32,000 nt of DNA, from NCBI GenBank assembly GCA_041648665.1, contig JBAZOP010000024.1, positions 1 to 32,000 on the forward strand. Reading direction: 5' to 3'. The translations under genes and the position numbers were made by a program. Below, piece after piece: positions 12,870 through 21,903 of the stretch (the stretch's first letter is position 1; each line of letters opens with the position of its first letter). Below the pieces are notes generated by a model. The model saw only the letters and a program-made list of their open reading frames with translations. It was not told the origin of the DNA and did no database searches. Source of the DNA: a bacterium (GTDB lineage: Bacteria; UBA10199; 2-02-FULL-44-16; JAAZCA01).

Positions 12870-14803
12870 CTATGGATGAGGTACGTGTGCCGATGGCGTC
12901 CATGCGGTGGTGGACCGCGGACAAGGAAGAGGACCGAAACGATACGTGCGGGCGGCGCGTAGCCGATGCGCTGATTGCGTTCTATGACGCAACGGCCGCC
13001 GGTCAGAAGTCGCGAAAGCAGAAGTACGATTGGAACCTCAAAATGTTCAACGGGCGCCAAGAACTCCCGGGCACGAGTGCCAACCGCGGCTGGCTCAGAA
13101 CCCCGAACGGGGAGATCATCTCGCTGAACGTGCTGGCGTCGATCGAGCGCTCCACCCGCGCCCGCATCTGCAAGTCCCGCCCCGCACCGTGGGCGACGAC
13201 GGACGGCGCATCCCGTGCGCAGCAGAAGTCCGCGGACCAGTCGCAGCAGTTCCTGATGGGTGCCATTCGCGAGATTGGCCTCTACAGACACATGCAGCGC
13301 ACCATGGACATAGGGCTCATCTGCGGCGAGTGCGACATCAAGGTGTACCCGGACTTCGAGGGCGAGAAGCTCCGGGCCGGCGTGGTCTACCCGTGGGAGT
13401 CGCCCGTCTCCGAGCAGGACAGCCACTACGGAGAGCCCCGGTGCAGGCTGCAGGTAGCCCACATGGATCGCGCCCGCGCCCGCGCGCTGTACACCACGGA
13501 CGCGACATCGCAGCAGGTGACTGATGCCATCTTGTGCGCGAACCAATCGCACGGCGATCCCATATTCGGATTCAAGGGCGACGACACGGATCAGATTCGA
13601 ATCGTCGAGGGGTGGCACCTGCCGAGCGGCAAGCATTCCGACGACGGCCGCCACGTCATCGCAATCGAGGGCGCGACGCTGTACGACAAGCCCTGGACGC
13701 GCGACCGCTTCAGCATGGCGCGGTTCGTGGCCGAGCCCGAGCCGGTGGGGTTCTTCGGCACGTCTATCTGCGATGAACTCGAAGGGCTGCAGCTCGAAAT
13801 CAACGACGGCCTGGAGAAGATTCGCGAGGGCCACCAGCTCGGCGGCCACTGCATGATCCTGATCCAGGCCGATGGGGACGTGAACGTTGCCGAGGTCTCC
13901 AACCTGTCGCACCAAGTCCTTCGGTGGTCGGGCGTGAACCCGCCCACGCCCATCGTGATCCCCGCCGTGGCGCCCGAGGTCTACCAGTGGATCTGGTCGC
14001 TCGTGGAGCGCATGTACCAGATTTGGGGCGCTTCCCAATTGTCGGCCAATGCGCAGCTGCCCGCGGGTCTGCAGAACGCAAGCGGCAAGGCGTTGCGCGT
14101 CTTCAAGGACAGCGAGACGGAGCGGTTCAGCTACCTGGAACGCGCGTACGAGCAACTCATGCTCGACTGCTGCGACCTGATCCTGGACGCGGCGGAAGAC
14201 CTTGCGCTCGAAGTGCCGGGATTCTCGGTGCGCTACGCCGACAACCGCAGTTTGCGCACGATCAAGTGGTCCGACGTGAGCGCGGCGCGGGACTCCTACG
14301 TGCTCAGCGTCGCGCCCAAGTCGTACCTGGACGAAGCCCCCGGCGGTCGCGTGGCCGCTGTGCAGGAGCGCATCCAGTCGGGCCTGATGGACCCGCGCAT
14401 GGCATCTTCGCTGCTGAACGATCCAGACCTTCGCGCCGCACCCGACCCGTTCACGGCCTCGCTGGATCTGGCCCGGTATCAGGTCGACAAGATGCTTGAC
14501 GATGGCGTGCAGCTGTGGGCCGAGGACTACCAGGACCTCGAGACGGCCCGCGCTGTTGCCCTGACCGAGCTGCAGCGCGCCGAGACATACACCGACGTGC
14601 CCGCGGCGAATCTGCAGCTGATCCGAAACTACGCCGCGAAGATCGCGGCCCAGCTCAAGCCGCCCGCCCCGCCGCCGCAACCCCCGCCCAACCCCGCAGC
14701 GGGACCCACGCCGCCCGGGCCGATGCCGCCCGGGACGATGCCGCCTGACGCGATGATGCCCCCGGGCGCCCCCGCGCCCATGCCCACTGAGGTGACGCAA
14801 TGA
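12866..14803 (+). CDS. Portal protein (about 645 aa) with a Pro-rich C-terminal tail
   Basis: It lies immediately downstream of TerL (ATGA overlap at 12866; alternative ATG at 12872). Size and position are typical of a portal, and a scaffold-like gene follows. No specific motif recognised. Confidence 0.75.
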   Translation: MTMDEVRVPMASMRWWTADKEEDRNDTCGRRVADALIAFYDATAAGQKSRKQKYDWNLKMFNGRQELPGTSANRGWLRTPNGEIISLNVLASIERSTRARICKSRPAPWATTDGASRAQQKSADQSQQFLMGAIREIGLYRHMQRTMDIGLICGECDIKVYPDFEGEKLRAGVVYPWESPVSEQDSHYGEPRCRLQVAHMDRARARALYTTDATSQQVTDAILCANQSHGDPIFGFKGDDTDQIRIVEGWHLPSGKHSDDGRHVIAIEGATLYDKPWTRDRFSMARFVAEPEPVGFFGTSICDELEGLQLEINDGLEKIREGHQLGGHCMILIQADGDVNVAEVSNLSHQVLRWSGVNPPTPIVIPAVAPEVYQWIWSLVERMYQIWGASQLSANAQLPAGLQNASGKALRVFKDSETERFSYLERAYEQLMLDCCDLILDAAEDLALEVPGFSVRYADNRSLRTIKWSDVSAARDSYVLSVAPKSYLDEAPGGRVAAVQERIQSGLMDPRMASSLLNDPDLRAAPDPFTASLDLARYQVDKMLDDGVQLWAEDYQDLETARAVALTELQRAETYTDVPAANLQLIRNYAAKIAAQLKPPAPPPQPPPNPAAGPTPPGPMPPGTMPPDAMMPPGAPAPMPTEVTQ

Positions 14804-15855
14804 CGACCGCAGCCCCCGCCGTATCCCAAGGACCTACCGCGCCTGCAGCACCAGCGCCGGCAACAGTCGAGACGCCCGCGGCGCCGGAGACCTCAGCCGA
14901 GCCGACACAGTCCTACGCCGATCGAATCGCCGCGCTCGTGGCAGAGGACCCGGCCCCCGCCGCCAAGCCCGAACCCGACAAGCCCGCGGACAAGCCGCCA
15001 GAGACGCCCCCAGTGCAGACCGAGCAGGACAAGGCGCTTGCAGACGCTGCGCTGAAGGAGGGCCGCGCGTGGCGCATGCAACAGCAACTCAAACGCGAGC
15101 AGGAAGCGCTGCGAACCGAGCGGGCCGAGTGGGCTCCCAAGGTCGAGGCCGCGCAAAAGCTAGAATCCGCCATCGCCAAGGGCGACGTGATCGGCGCCGT
15201 GCACGACCTGGCCGCGCGCATGGGCAGGCCCTTCCATGAGTTGTATTTCGCCCTGTCCAAGCAGGTGGCCGACACCACAACCGACAAGACTCCGCAGCAG
15301 ATCGCAGAGGAAGCGGCGGATCGCAAGCTGGCCGCCTTCAGGGCCGAGCAGGATGCGGAGCGCCAGAAGGCGCAGGCAGAGCAGCAGGAGGCGCAACAGA
15401 GGCGCATTCGCGAGCAAGAGCAGGGCGAGGTGTACAGGTACGTAACCGAGCAGTTCACTAAGGAGTCGGACCGCTGGCCGGTGCTCGCGGGATACGACCC
15501 GCGCATGGTGGTGGGGCAGGTCCTGCACGAGCTCACGGAGGACTACTCCAAAAAGCGCGCAGAGCACGGCCAGGAGTACGCCACGAAAAACGTCCTTGAC
15601 GTTTCAGTCGCGCTTGATATGCTTGAAAACAGGAAGCAGGCCCAGGCGCAAGCGGACTACGAACGCGCAGCGGCAAAGAAGAGGGCCGCGCAGGGCATCG
15701 GAAACGCAGCACCGGCAGCTTCACCTACGGGTCACACGGACGGCAGACCCAGGACGATTGAGCACGGCCACGTAGCGGACGCGGCAACCCCGCGGAAGCT
15801 CTCCTACCAAGAGCGCCTTGCTCAGTTGATCGCAGAGGACGACCGCAAGGGCTAA
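14800..15855 (+). CDS. Scaffolding protein (351 aa)
   Basis: It lies between the portal and capsid genes. A Pro/Ala-rich N-terminus is followed by A/E/Q/K-rich helical sequence (QKAQAEQQEAQQRRIREQEQ). Confidence 0.65.
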   Translation: MTTAAPAVSQGPTAPAAPAPATVETPAAPETSAEPTQSYADRIAALVAEDPAPAAKPEPDKPADKPPETPPVQTEQDKALADAALKEGRAWRMQQQLKREQEALRTERAEWAPKVEAAQKLESAIAKGDVIGAVHDLAARMGRPFHELYFALSKQVADTTTDKTPQQIAEEAADRKLAAFRAEQDAERQKAQAEQQEAQQRRIREQEQGEVYRYVTEQFTKESDRWPVLAGYDPRMVVGQVLHELTEDYSKKRAEHGQEYATKNVLDVSVALDMLENRKQAQAQADYERAAAKKRAAQGIGNAAPAASPTGHTDGRPRTIEHGHVADAATPRKLSYQERLAQLIAEDDRKG

Positions 15856-15872
15856 CCACCGACAGGGATGTC

Positions 15873-15900
15873 GGACCCGCGCGAGTCGTCGCGAGGGTCC
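15873..15900 (+). promoter_or_regulatory. GC-rich hairpin covering the capsid-gene SD
   Basis: ggacccgcgcga-gtcg-tcgcgagggtcc pairs 11 of 12 positions. The right arm contains GAGGG (15893-15897), 5 nt upstream of the capsid ATG at 15903. Confidence 0.4.
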
Positions 15901-15902
15901 CC

Positions 15903-17141
15903 ATGACCGTCCCGAATACTACCGAGTACGCAAGGCTACTTGAGATTGTCTACGACGATGAGCGCATCGTCGATCGCGTCTACACCGAGTCGGAGGTCGC
16001 TCGCCGGCTTCTGAGTCGCCAGAAGAAAAACTTCGTCGGCGGCCCGCTCACGTTCGACTGGAAGTACAGCGGGAACGAAGCGGTTGCCAACACGATCGCG
16101 GCTGCGCAGGCCCTGATCGATCACACTCACGTTGTGCAGGTCAGCTTGACCCGCAAGACGCTGCTGGCCGTCCACCGGCTGGACCAGGAGCTGTTGGACG
16201 TCGCCAAGCAGGGCAAGGCGGCGTTTGTCTCGGCAGTGACTGAGGAAACGTCGAGCACAGAGAAGGCGTTCGCGGCCTCGCTTGCCGCGCAAATCTACGG
16301 CAACGGCGGCGGCGCGATTGCGCGTCTGAGCGCGACCACGACCGTCAACACCGCAACCATCAGGCTTGCGAACAAGGAGATGGCGGCACGCCTCCGCGTC
16401 GGCCAGACTCTCGAATTTGACGACACCGACGGCTCGGGCGGCGGCGCGGTTCACGTCGGCAGCCAGGTCATCACGGCGATCGACTACCAGACCGGCGATG
16501 TCACCGGCGCCCTGCACTGGGACGACGTGGTTGCTGGCATCGCGGCCAATGACTACGTGTTCCTCCCGGGGCAGTTCGGAATCGGCTGGGCCGGTTTCGA
16601 CGCGTACTGTCCCGCTTCGGCACCCGGCGGCGCCGACAACTTCTACGGCGCAAACCGTAGCGTGAGCCCGACCAAGCTCGCGGGCGTGCGCAAGGCGGCC
16701 AGTGGCGGAACGGTCGAGGATGCGTGGATCGACGCGGCCACGGAAGCGGCCAACCTCGGCTTGAAGCTCAAGCAGATCGTCTGCAACCCCTACCGGCTCG
16801 GCATCGCCGCACGCGAGGCCGCGGGACGCACGACCTTCGTTGCAACGGACTCGTCGGACAAGGCGTTCGGATCGAAGCGCATCACGCTCGCGGTTCCGAC
16901 GACCAACGGCGTGCTGGAGATCATCCCCGATCCGATCTGCCCCGTGGGAACCGACTACTTCCTGGACCTGGAGGACTTCTCCATCCACTCCAGCCCGAGC
17001 GGCGCGCCCCACATGCAGCGCACGCTGGACGGCAACATCTGGCACCCGGTGTCGACCGAGAACCAGGTGGAGATGAGGTGGGCCAGCTACGCGAACATGA
17101 AGGATCGCGACCCGGGAAACATTATGCGGGTCGACTTCTGA
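15903..17141 (+). CDS. Major capsid protein (412 aa)
   Basis: Its position directly after the scaffold, its size and the absence of low-complexity sequence fit a major capsid protein. The long antisense ORF 15936..17297 is a shadow. Confidence 0.75.
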   Translation: MTVPNTTEYARLLEIVYDDERIVDRVYTESEVARRLLSRQKKNFVGGPLTFDWKYSGNEAVANTIAAAQALIDHTHVVQVSLTRKTLLAVHRLDQELLDVAKQGKAAFVSAVTEETSSTEKAFAASLAAQIYGNGGGAIARLSATTTVNTATIRLANKEMAARLRVGQTLEFDDTDGSGGGAVHVGSQVITAIDYQTGDVTGALHWDDVVAGIAANDYVFLPGQFGIGWAGFDAYCPASAPGGADNFYGANRSVSPTKLAGVRKAASGGTVEDAWIDAATEAANLGLKLKQIVCNPYRLGIAAREAAGRTTFVATDSSDKAFGSKRITLAVPTTNGVLEIIPDPICPVGTDYFLDLEDFSIHSSPSGAPHMQRTLDGNIWHPVSTENQVEMRWASYANMKDRDPGNIMRVDF

Positions 17142-17196
17142 TGACCATGGCGAGGGGGTGGCCGCGGGGCTTCCCCCAAGCCGAAAGGAGCTAGCC

Positions 17197-17574
17197 ATGA
17201 GTCTGAAGAACCTTTCCCCGATGTTCGCCCCTGCCTCGCAGCAGGTCGAGTGCATCATCATCTTCCGTCCGAAGGGCGCGGGCGTTCCGTCTCTCATCTA
17301 TGGCCCAATGGTGTCGAGCGTGGTCCGCGCCGCGCAGGGCATTTTCACCCTCACGCTGAAGGACACGATCGTTGCCCTCGGCGGAATCACGCACGTCAAT
17401 TCCCCGGTGGGCGCGGCCCGCCTGGACGGCTACCTGGAGCACACTGCCGGGACGGCGGTTATCACGCTCACGCTTGTGGACACTGCCGGCGTCGCACAGG
17501 ACATCGACCTCACGGCGGCCGGGGAAGTGGTGATCAAGTTCACCGCGAGCCAGTTGCCCACGGTGGTCAAGTGA
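17197..17574 (+). CDS. Small virion protein, possible capsid decoration/cement protein (125 aa)
   Basis: The ATG at 17197 is preceded by AAAGGAG. The sequence is beta-rich and the gene lies directly after the capsid gene. The function is positional inference only. Confidence 0.6.
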   Translation: MSLKNLSPMFAPASQQVECIIIFRPKGAGVPSLIYGPMVSSVVRAAQGIFTLTLKDTIVALGGITHVNSPVGAARLDGYLEHTAGTAVITLTLVDTAGVAQDIDLTAAGEVVIKFTASQLPTVVK

Positions 17575-17795
17575 AACCCTCGGCGGCGCTTCTGGACGAT
17601 CTGGCCGGTGAGCAGGACTCGCCGGCCGCGACCGTCACTGTGACAGTCGAGAAAGCGCCCGACTGGAAGTCCATGGGCAAGGCGCTGCTGAGCGCCATCG
17701 CGGCCAAGGACGAAGGGGCAGCGGCGCAAGCCGTGCGCGCAATCGCCATGTGCTGCGATGCAGGAGAGTCGGAGGACGCAGAGGCCGAAGACTGA
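17571..17795 (+). CDS. Hypothetical acidic protein (74 aa)
   Basis: The GTG at 17571 overlaps the upstream stop (GTGA). The C-terminus is acidic (ESEDAEAED). Confidence 0.55.
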   Translation: MKPSAALLDDLAGEQDSPAATVTVTVEKAPDWKSMGKALLSAIAAKDEGAAAQAVRAIAMCCDAGESEDAEAED

Positions 17796-17806
17796 GGAGG
17801 CGCTAG

Positions 17807-18520
17807 ATGCGCACGTATACCGCGACGGAGCTCGAAACGAAGATCCGCACCGAAGCGGGGCTCACGGGCTCCACCGCGGTCACGTCTGCCGAGATCCTCT
17901 CTCTCATCGACACGTACTACTCCGAGCTGTATGACCTGCTGATTGCGGCGTACGGGCAACCGTACTTTCGCAGCACTCTGACCATCGCAACCGTCGCCGG
18001 CACGAGCGAGTACGAGTTGGACCTTACTGGGGGCGGCGCGGAGCGCGACGTGCTCGACGTGCTCGGCGTGCAGATTGCGCTGGACGCGAGCACGGACGTG
18101 ATTCTGGACCCGGCGGACTACTTCGCCATCCGGGCCACGCTTGCCGCGTGCAAGAACTCCTCGTGGAGGGCTCTCGGAATCCAGCCGATCTACAACCGCG
18201 CCGGCTCAAAGCTCATCATCGCGCCAGCCCCCGACGGGGTGTACACGATGACCGTCCACTACGTGCCGTGTGCGGCGAAGATCACGGCGGGCGGAACCAG
18301 GATTGACGGCTGCAACGGCTGGGAAAGGTACATTGTAGCGGCCTGTCTCGCGGCACTGGCCGGGGCTGAAGAGGCCGATCCCTCCGTATGGCTGGCCGAA
18401 CTCGCTCGGCTCAAGGACCGCATTCAGCGACGCGCCCCTAAGCGTGTTGCCGACGGGCCTGTGCAGATCACTCGAAGGCGCCGCACGCGCCCGCGGGGGT
18501 TCGGATATGCCAACGAGTGA
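17807..18520 (+). CDS. Putative head-tail adaptor / tail tubular A-like protein (237 aa)
   Basis: The ATG at 17807 is preceded by GAGGAGG. The N-terminus (ELETKIRTEAGLTGSTAVTSAEILSLIDTYYSELYDLL) resembles head-tail connector proteins. It lies upstream of the large tail protein. Confidence 0.5.
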   Translation: MRTYTATELETKIRTEAGLTGSTAVTSAEILSLIDTYYSELYDLLIAAYGQPYFRSTLTIATVAGTSEYELDLTGGGAERDVLDVLGVQIALDASTDVILDPADYFAIRATLAACKNSSWRALGIQPIYNRAGSKLIIAPAPDGVYTMTVHYVPCAAKITAGGTRIDGCNGWERYIVAACLAALAGAEEADPSVWLAELARLKDRIQRRAPKRVADGPVQITRRRRTRPRGFGYANE

Positions 18521-18824
18521 TCGCACTGAGCTGCAGGTAGTCCGCGTGAAAGACACGGACACGCAGAGGGCGCTCGAAGATGCCCGCGAACGCAACAAGG
18601 CGGCGCAGGCGCAAGGCTTCGCGGGTGTGGACGTCACTGTGACCTTTACCGCTGCGGCGGCCCAGACCTTCTCTCACAAGCTCGGGCGCCAACCGATTGG
18701 CTGGTTCGTGCTGGACGCCACCGGAGGCGCTCCGCTTCTGCACCGCACCGCCTGGGACACCAGAACCCTTACCCTCTACTACGCCGGCGGATTCACGGTC
18801 GTGGCGAAGATCAGGGTGTTCTGA
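18507..18824 (+). CDS. Hypothetical virion-module protein (105 aa)
   Basis: The ATG at 18507 overlaps the upstream gene by 14 nt, and the stop overlaps the next ATG (TGATG). Confidence 0.65.
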   Translation: MPTSDRTELQVVRVKDTDTQRALEDARERNKAAQAQGFAGVDVTVTFTAAAAQTFSHKLGRQPIGWFVLDATGGAPLLHRTAWDTRTLTLYYAGGFTVVAKIRVF

Positions 18825-21800
18825 TGCCCCTGCAGCGCCAAATCATCAACATCCCGGTCGGAGCTGGCGTGGACGAAATCGCCGGCAGCATGGGCACGCC
18901 CGCGGGCAAGTTCGCCGTGGCGACCAACGCCCGCATTGTCGACGTGGGGACCATTGAGCAGCGGCCCGGGTATGCGGCCATGGCCGCAACGTGCCTCGAC
19001 GGTAGCAGCGTGGTGAACGCACGGCGCCTCATGCGCTGCGGCGACGAGATTCTTTTGGACGACGGCAACGCGATCTATACCTACGTTGCAGACGCGGACA
19101 AGTGGCGCGCGGTGGATCACATCAGCGAGGCCACCATTGCCAAGCGCATCCCGGGTGAGAAGGGATTCCCCGCGCAGCTCTGCAACTGCGACGCAACGTG
19201 GTGTAGCGGAATGTACGCGCATGCTTGGGTTGGTCCGGTGGCCGGAGCCGCGGGCAGCTACGTCCACGTACGGCTTACCGACGAGATCACGGGCGCACGC
19301 CTTGAAACTACGACTTGGGTCTGTGCGCTCTCGTCGCAGGTTCGCATCTTCGCCCTGCCGTCGACAACGAAGGTCGTTGTTTGGTACACGCGAATCAACA
19401 TCGTTGGCGGGGCTCGTGAGCTTGTCTTCCGATATGTAGACGTTGCCGCGCCGATCACGTGGTCTGCCGAGGTCACCGTTGTTTCCCTCGCGCTCAATAC
19501 GCCGTGGGACGTGCAGCCGATGTCCAGCACGCGCTCTATCGCCATCTATACTGGCGCGGGCGCGGGCGCTGCGGTGATGGCTGAGATTGACACAGCGGGC
19601 ATGGTGTTGGACTCGGTAGCGGTTACCTTCACCACGACAAGCGTCGCGACTATCTGCTACGACTCAAGCGGCGATTGCCTGTACGCATCGTATTGCGCCC
19701 CGACCCCGAACGGGCTGCGCATCGCGAAGGCGACCCGCCTGCTGGGTCTTGCGCTGTCGTGGGACAATCAGCTTGACGCCGACGTGTACACCGCAGCGGT
19801 GCCCATGACCCGTGTTGTGGGAATGACGTACATCAACGCCGTAGGGGCGCGCGTGGTCTGCAGCATCAACGCGGATACTGCCCGCCCGGCGCAGACCCGG
19901 GCCACGATCACGAACAACGCGGGCGTGGTGTCTGCAACGGTATCGACCACCTACCACGTGCAGGCGATGGGCGTTCCGCGGTGGATCGGGACCCGCCTTT
20001 ACGTGGTCGGGTATCTGGCCCCCGCAACATCTGTCGGCACAGGGACCCTGGTCCTTACCAATCCGCCGCAGCACGCCGCGTACCTGTTCGAGGTCCCGGA
20101 TGCTGCGTGGCCCATGCGCCCCGTTGCGCGCATCGCATGGGCTCAAGCGCAGCCTGGCGGGACACAGTCGATGCCGATCGGGCTGAACCTGTGCACCGTT
20201 GGCTACGTGTCCGCGGTCTCGCTGCTGAGTGAGAATTTGTCCGTTGCAGCGACGCCCGCAGAGCAGCAGGAAGGGTTCGACCTGTACGCGCTCGACTGGA
20301 CGCCGGAATACGCCCCGCTTGGGGTTGAGCAGGATGGCGAACTCATCATGAGCGGCGGGGTTCCGAATTGCTACTGCGGAGACCGTGTTGGGGAGTACGG
20401 GTTTCACTACTACCCGAGCGCGGTGCACGAAGTGACAGCGGTTGCCGGGGCACTGCCCGCCGGAAGCTACGGCTACGCATTCTGCTTCGTGCACCGCGAT
20501 GACAGGGGCGTGCTGCACAGGTCCGCGCCAACGTACCTGCGCGCAACGGCCGACGGCTCGCACGAGGTTGCGCTCTACGTCACGCAGTATTGCACCACGA
20601 CCCGGATGGACCTGTCGGACGCAAGCTACCCGGTCGAGATCGAGATGTACCGCACCCTCGATGCCGGGTACGTCTATTACCACGTAAGCACGGCACAGGG
20701 CAACCCGGCTGCGCACACCTGCGTATTCAGCGACATCGGCACCATTACGGCGGCAACGCTGATCGCTCGAAGGCAGCTGTACACGAACGGTGACGTGCTT
20801 CCGAACAAGGCCCCGCCAGCGTTCAGGCACGTTGCGGTTCACAACAACCGCCTATGGGGTATCTCATGTGACGATGTTGACAGAATCTGGCTGTCGAAGC
20901 TGGCGTCACTGCGCGAGGGGCAGGGGTTCGACGAGCGCTTGTCCACGCGCGTGCTCGGGTCCGAGCTTATGGCCCTTGCTTCGCTGGACGGCAAGCTGCT
21001 TGCGTTCGGGCGCCATGAGATATCGGTGTTCTTTGGTTCGGGCCCCACGGACACAAACCAGAACAGCGACCTGTCAGACCCGCAACCGGTGTCGAGCGAG
21101 CACGGGTGCGTGGACGCCCGGAGCGTGTGTGTGTTTCCCGGTGGCGTCACGTTCCAGGGCAACGACGGTCTGCTGTACGTGGTCGAGACCTCGATGCAGG
21201 TCAAGTGCGTCAGCCTCCCCGTCTACGACACGCTGCATACCTATCCCATCATCAACTCCGTTTCGTACTCGCCTGACGATCATGAGCTGCGCGTGGTCTG
21301 CACCAAGTCGGCAATCGCCACCAGCTGCGTTCTGGTGTGGAACACACTGATGGATCAGTGGCACGTGTGGATGCCCAAGAATGCGGCGGGCGCGTATCCC
21401 CCGGCCGTTGGCGGTACGATGATAGCGTGGTCGGGCGAGCCGGACCGGTTCGCTATGCTGCTCACGTCGGGCGTTGTCCTGCGTGAGAGCGGGTATGTGG
21501 ACGCAGACGCAACGTACCCGACCGTTACCCTTCGCACGGGGCCGCTGGCCCTGTCGGGCGTGCAGTCGTTCCAGCGGGTGTGGGACGTTGGCGTTCTGTT
21601 CGAGAAGCTGGTGCAGGCGTCCAGCAGCGACGTTGTGCTTACCGCCTACAACGACCATCTGACGGGCTCCAGCACCTGGACCAGCACGTGGACCGCAGCC
21701 GAATGCACGTCGGCGCAGACCATGCCCCGACTGCAGCTCAACGCACACGTGCCTGTTAGCTCGCAGAAGTGCGAAGCGATCGCGCTGCAGATCGCGTGGA

Positions 21801-21901
21801 CGCCGGTCGGCGGCAAAAACCAGCGACTTCAGGCGCTTTCGCTGCTGATTGGCGCGAAGGCCGGAAAGCCCCGGATCCTGCCGGCGGCTGCGAGGAAGTG
21901 A
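18824..21901 (+). CDS. Large tail structural protein (nozzle / tail tubular B-like; 1025 aa)
   Basis: A 1025-aa beta-rich ORF that follows the adaptor-like gene and precedes the internal-protein genes, as in podovirus virion modules. The function is inferred from order and size. Confidence 0.6.
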   Translation: MPLQRQIINIPVGAGVDEIAGSMGTPAGKFAVATNARIVDVGTIEQRPGYAAMAATCLDGSSVVNARRLMRCGDEILLDDGNAIYTYVADADKWRAVDHISEATIAKRIPGEKGFPAQLCNCDATWCSGMYAHAWVGPVAGAAGSYVHVRLTDEITGARLETTTWVCALSSQVRIFALPSTTKVVVWYTRINIVGGARELVFRYVDVAAPITWSAEVTVVSLALNTPWDVQPMSSTRSIAIYTGAGAGAAVMAEIDTAGMVLDSVAVTFTTTSVATICYDSSGDCLYASYCAPTPNGLRIAKATRLLGLALSWDNQLDADVYTAAVPMTRVVGMTYINAVGARVVCSINADTARPAQTRATITNNAGVVSATVSTTYHVQAMGVPRWIGTRLYVVGYLAPATSVGTGTLVLTNPPQHAAYLFEVPDAAWPMRPVARIAWAQAQPGGTQSMPIGLNLCTVGYVSAVSLLSENLSVAATPAEQQEGFDLYALDWTPEYAPLGVEQDGELIMSGGVPNCYCGDRVGEYGFHYYPSAVHEVTAVAGALPAGSYGYAFCFVHRDDRGVLHRSAPTYLRATADGSHEVALYVTQYCTTTRMDLSDASYPVEIEMYRTLDAGYVYYHVSTAQGNPAAHTCVFSDIGTITAATLIARRQLYTNGDVLPNKAPPAFRHVAVHNNRLWGISCDDVDRIWLSKLASLREGQGFDERLSTRVLGSELMALASLDGKLLAFGRHEISVFFGSGPTDTNQNSDLSDPQPVSSEHGCVDARSVCVFPGGVTFQGNDGLLYVVETSMQVKCVSLPVYDTLHTYPIINSVSYSPDDHELRVVCTKSAIATSCVLVWNTLMDQWHVWMPKNAAGAYPPAVGGTMIAWSGEPDRFAMLLTSGVVLRESGYVDADATYPTVTLRTGPLALSGVQSFQRVWDVGVLFEKLVQASSSDVVLTAYNDHLTGSSTWTSTWTAAECTSAQTMPRLQLNAHVPVSSQKCEAIALQIAWTPVGGKNQRLQALSLLIGAKAGKPRILPAAARK

Positions 21902-21903
21902 CC

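Noticed and set aside
17142-17196. Intrinsic terminator after the capsid gene
   Set aside because: Only a weak GGGGG...CCCCC pairing with a large loop is present, and no U-run follows. The gap mainly carries the AAAGGAG SD of the next gene.
12740-17297. Very long antisense ORFs (12740..14800 -, 686 aa; 15936..17297 -, 453 aa; also 19664..20842 -, 23103..23975 -, 24898..25716 -, 27616..28593 -)
   Set aside because: These are typical high-GC antisense shadows of the portal, capsid, tail and fibre genes. The products are Arg/Gly/His-rich and have no RBS, and the sense-strand genes have motif and synteny support.
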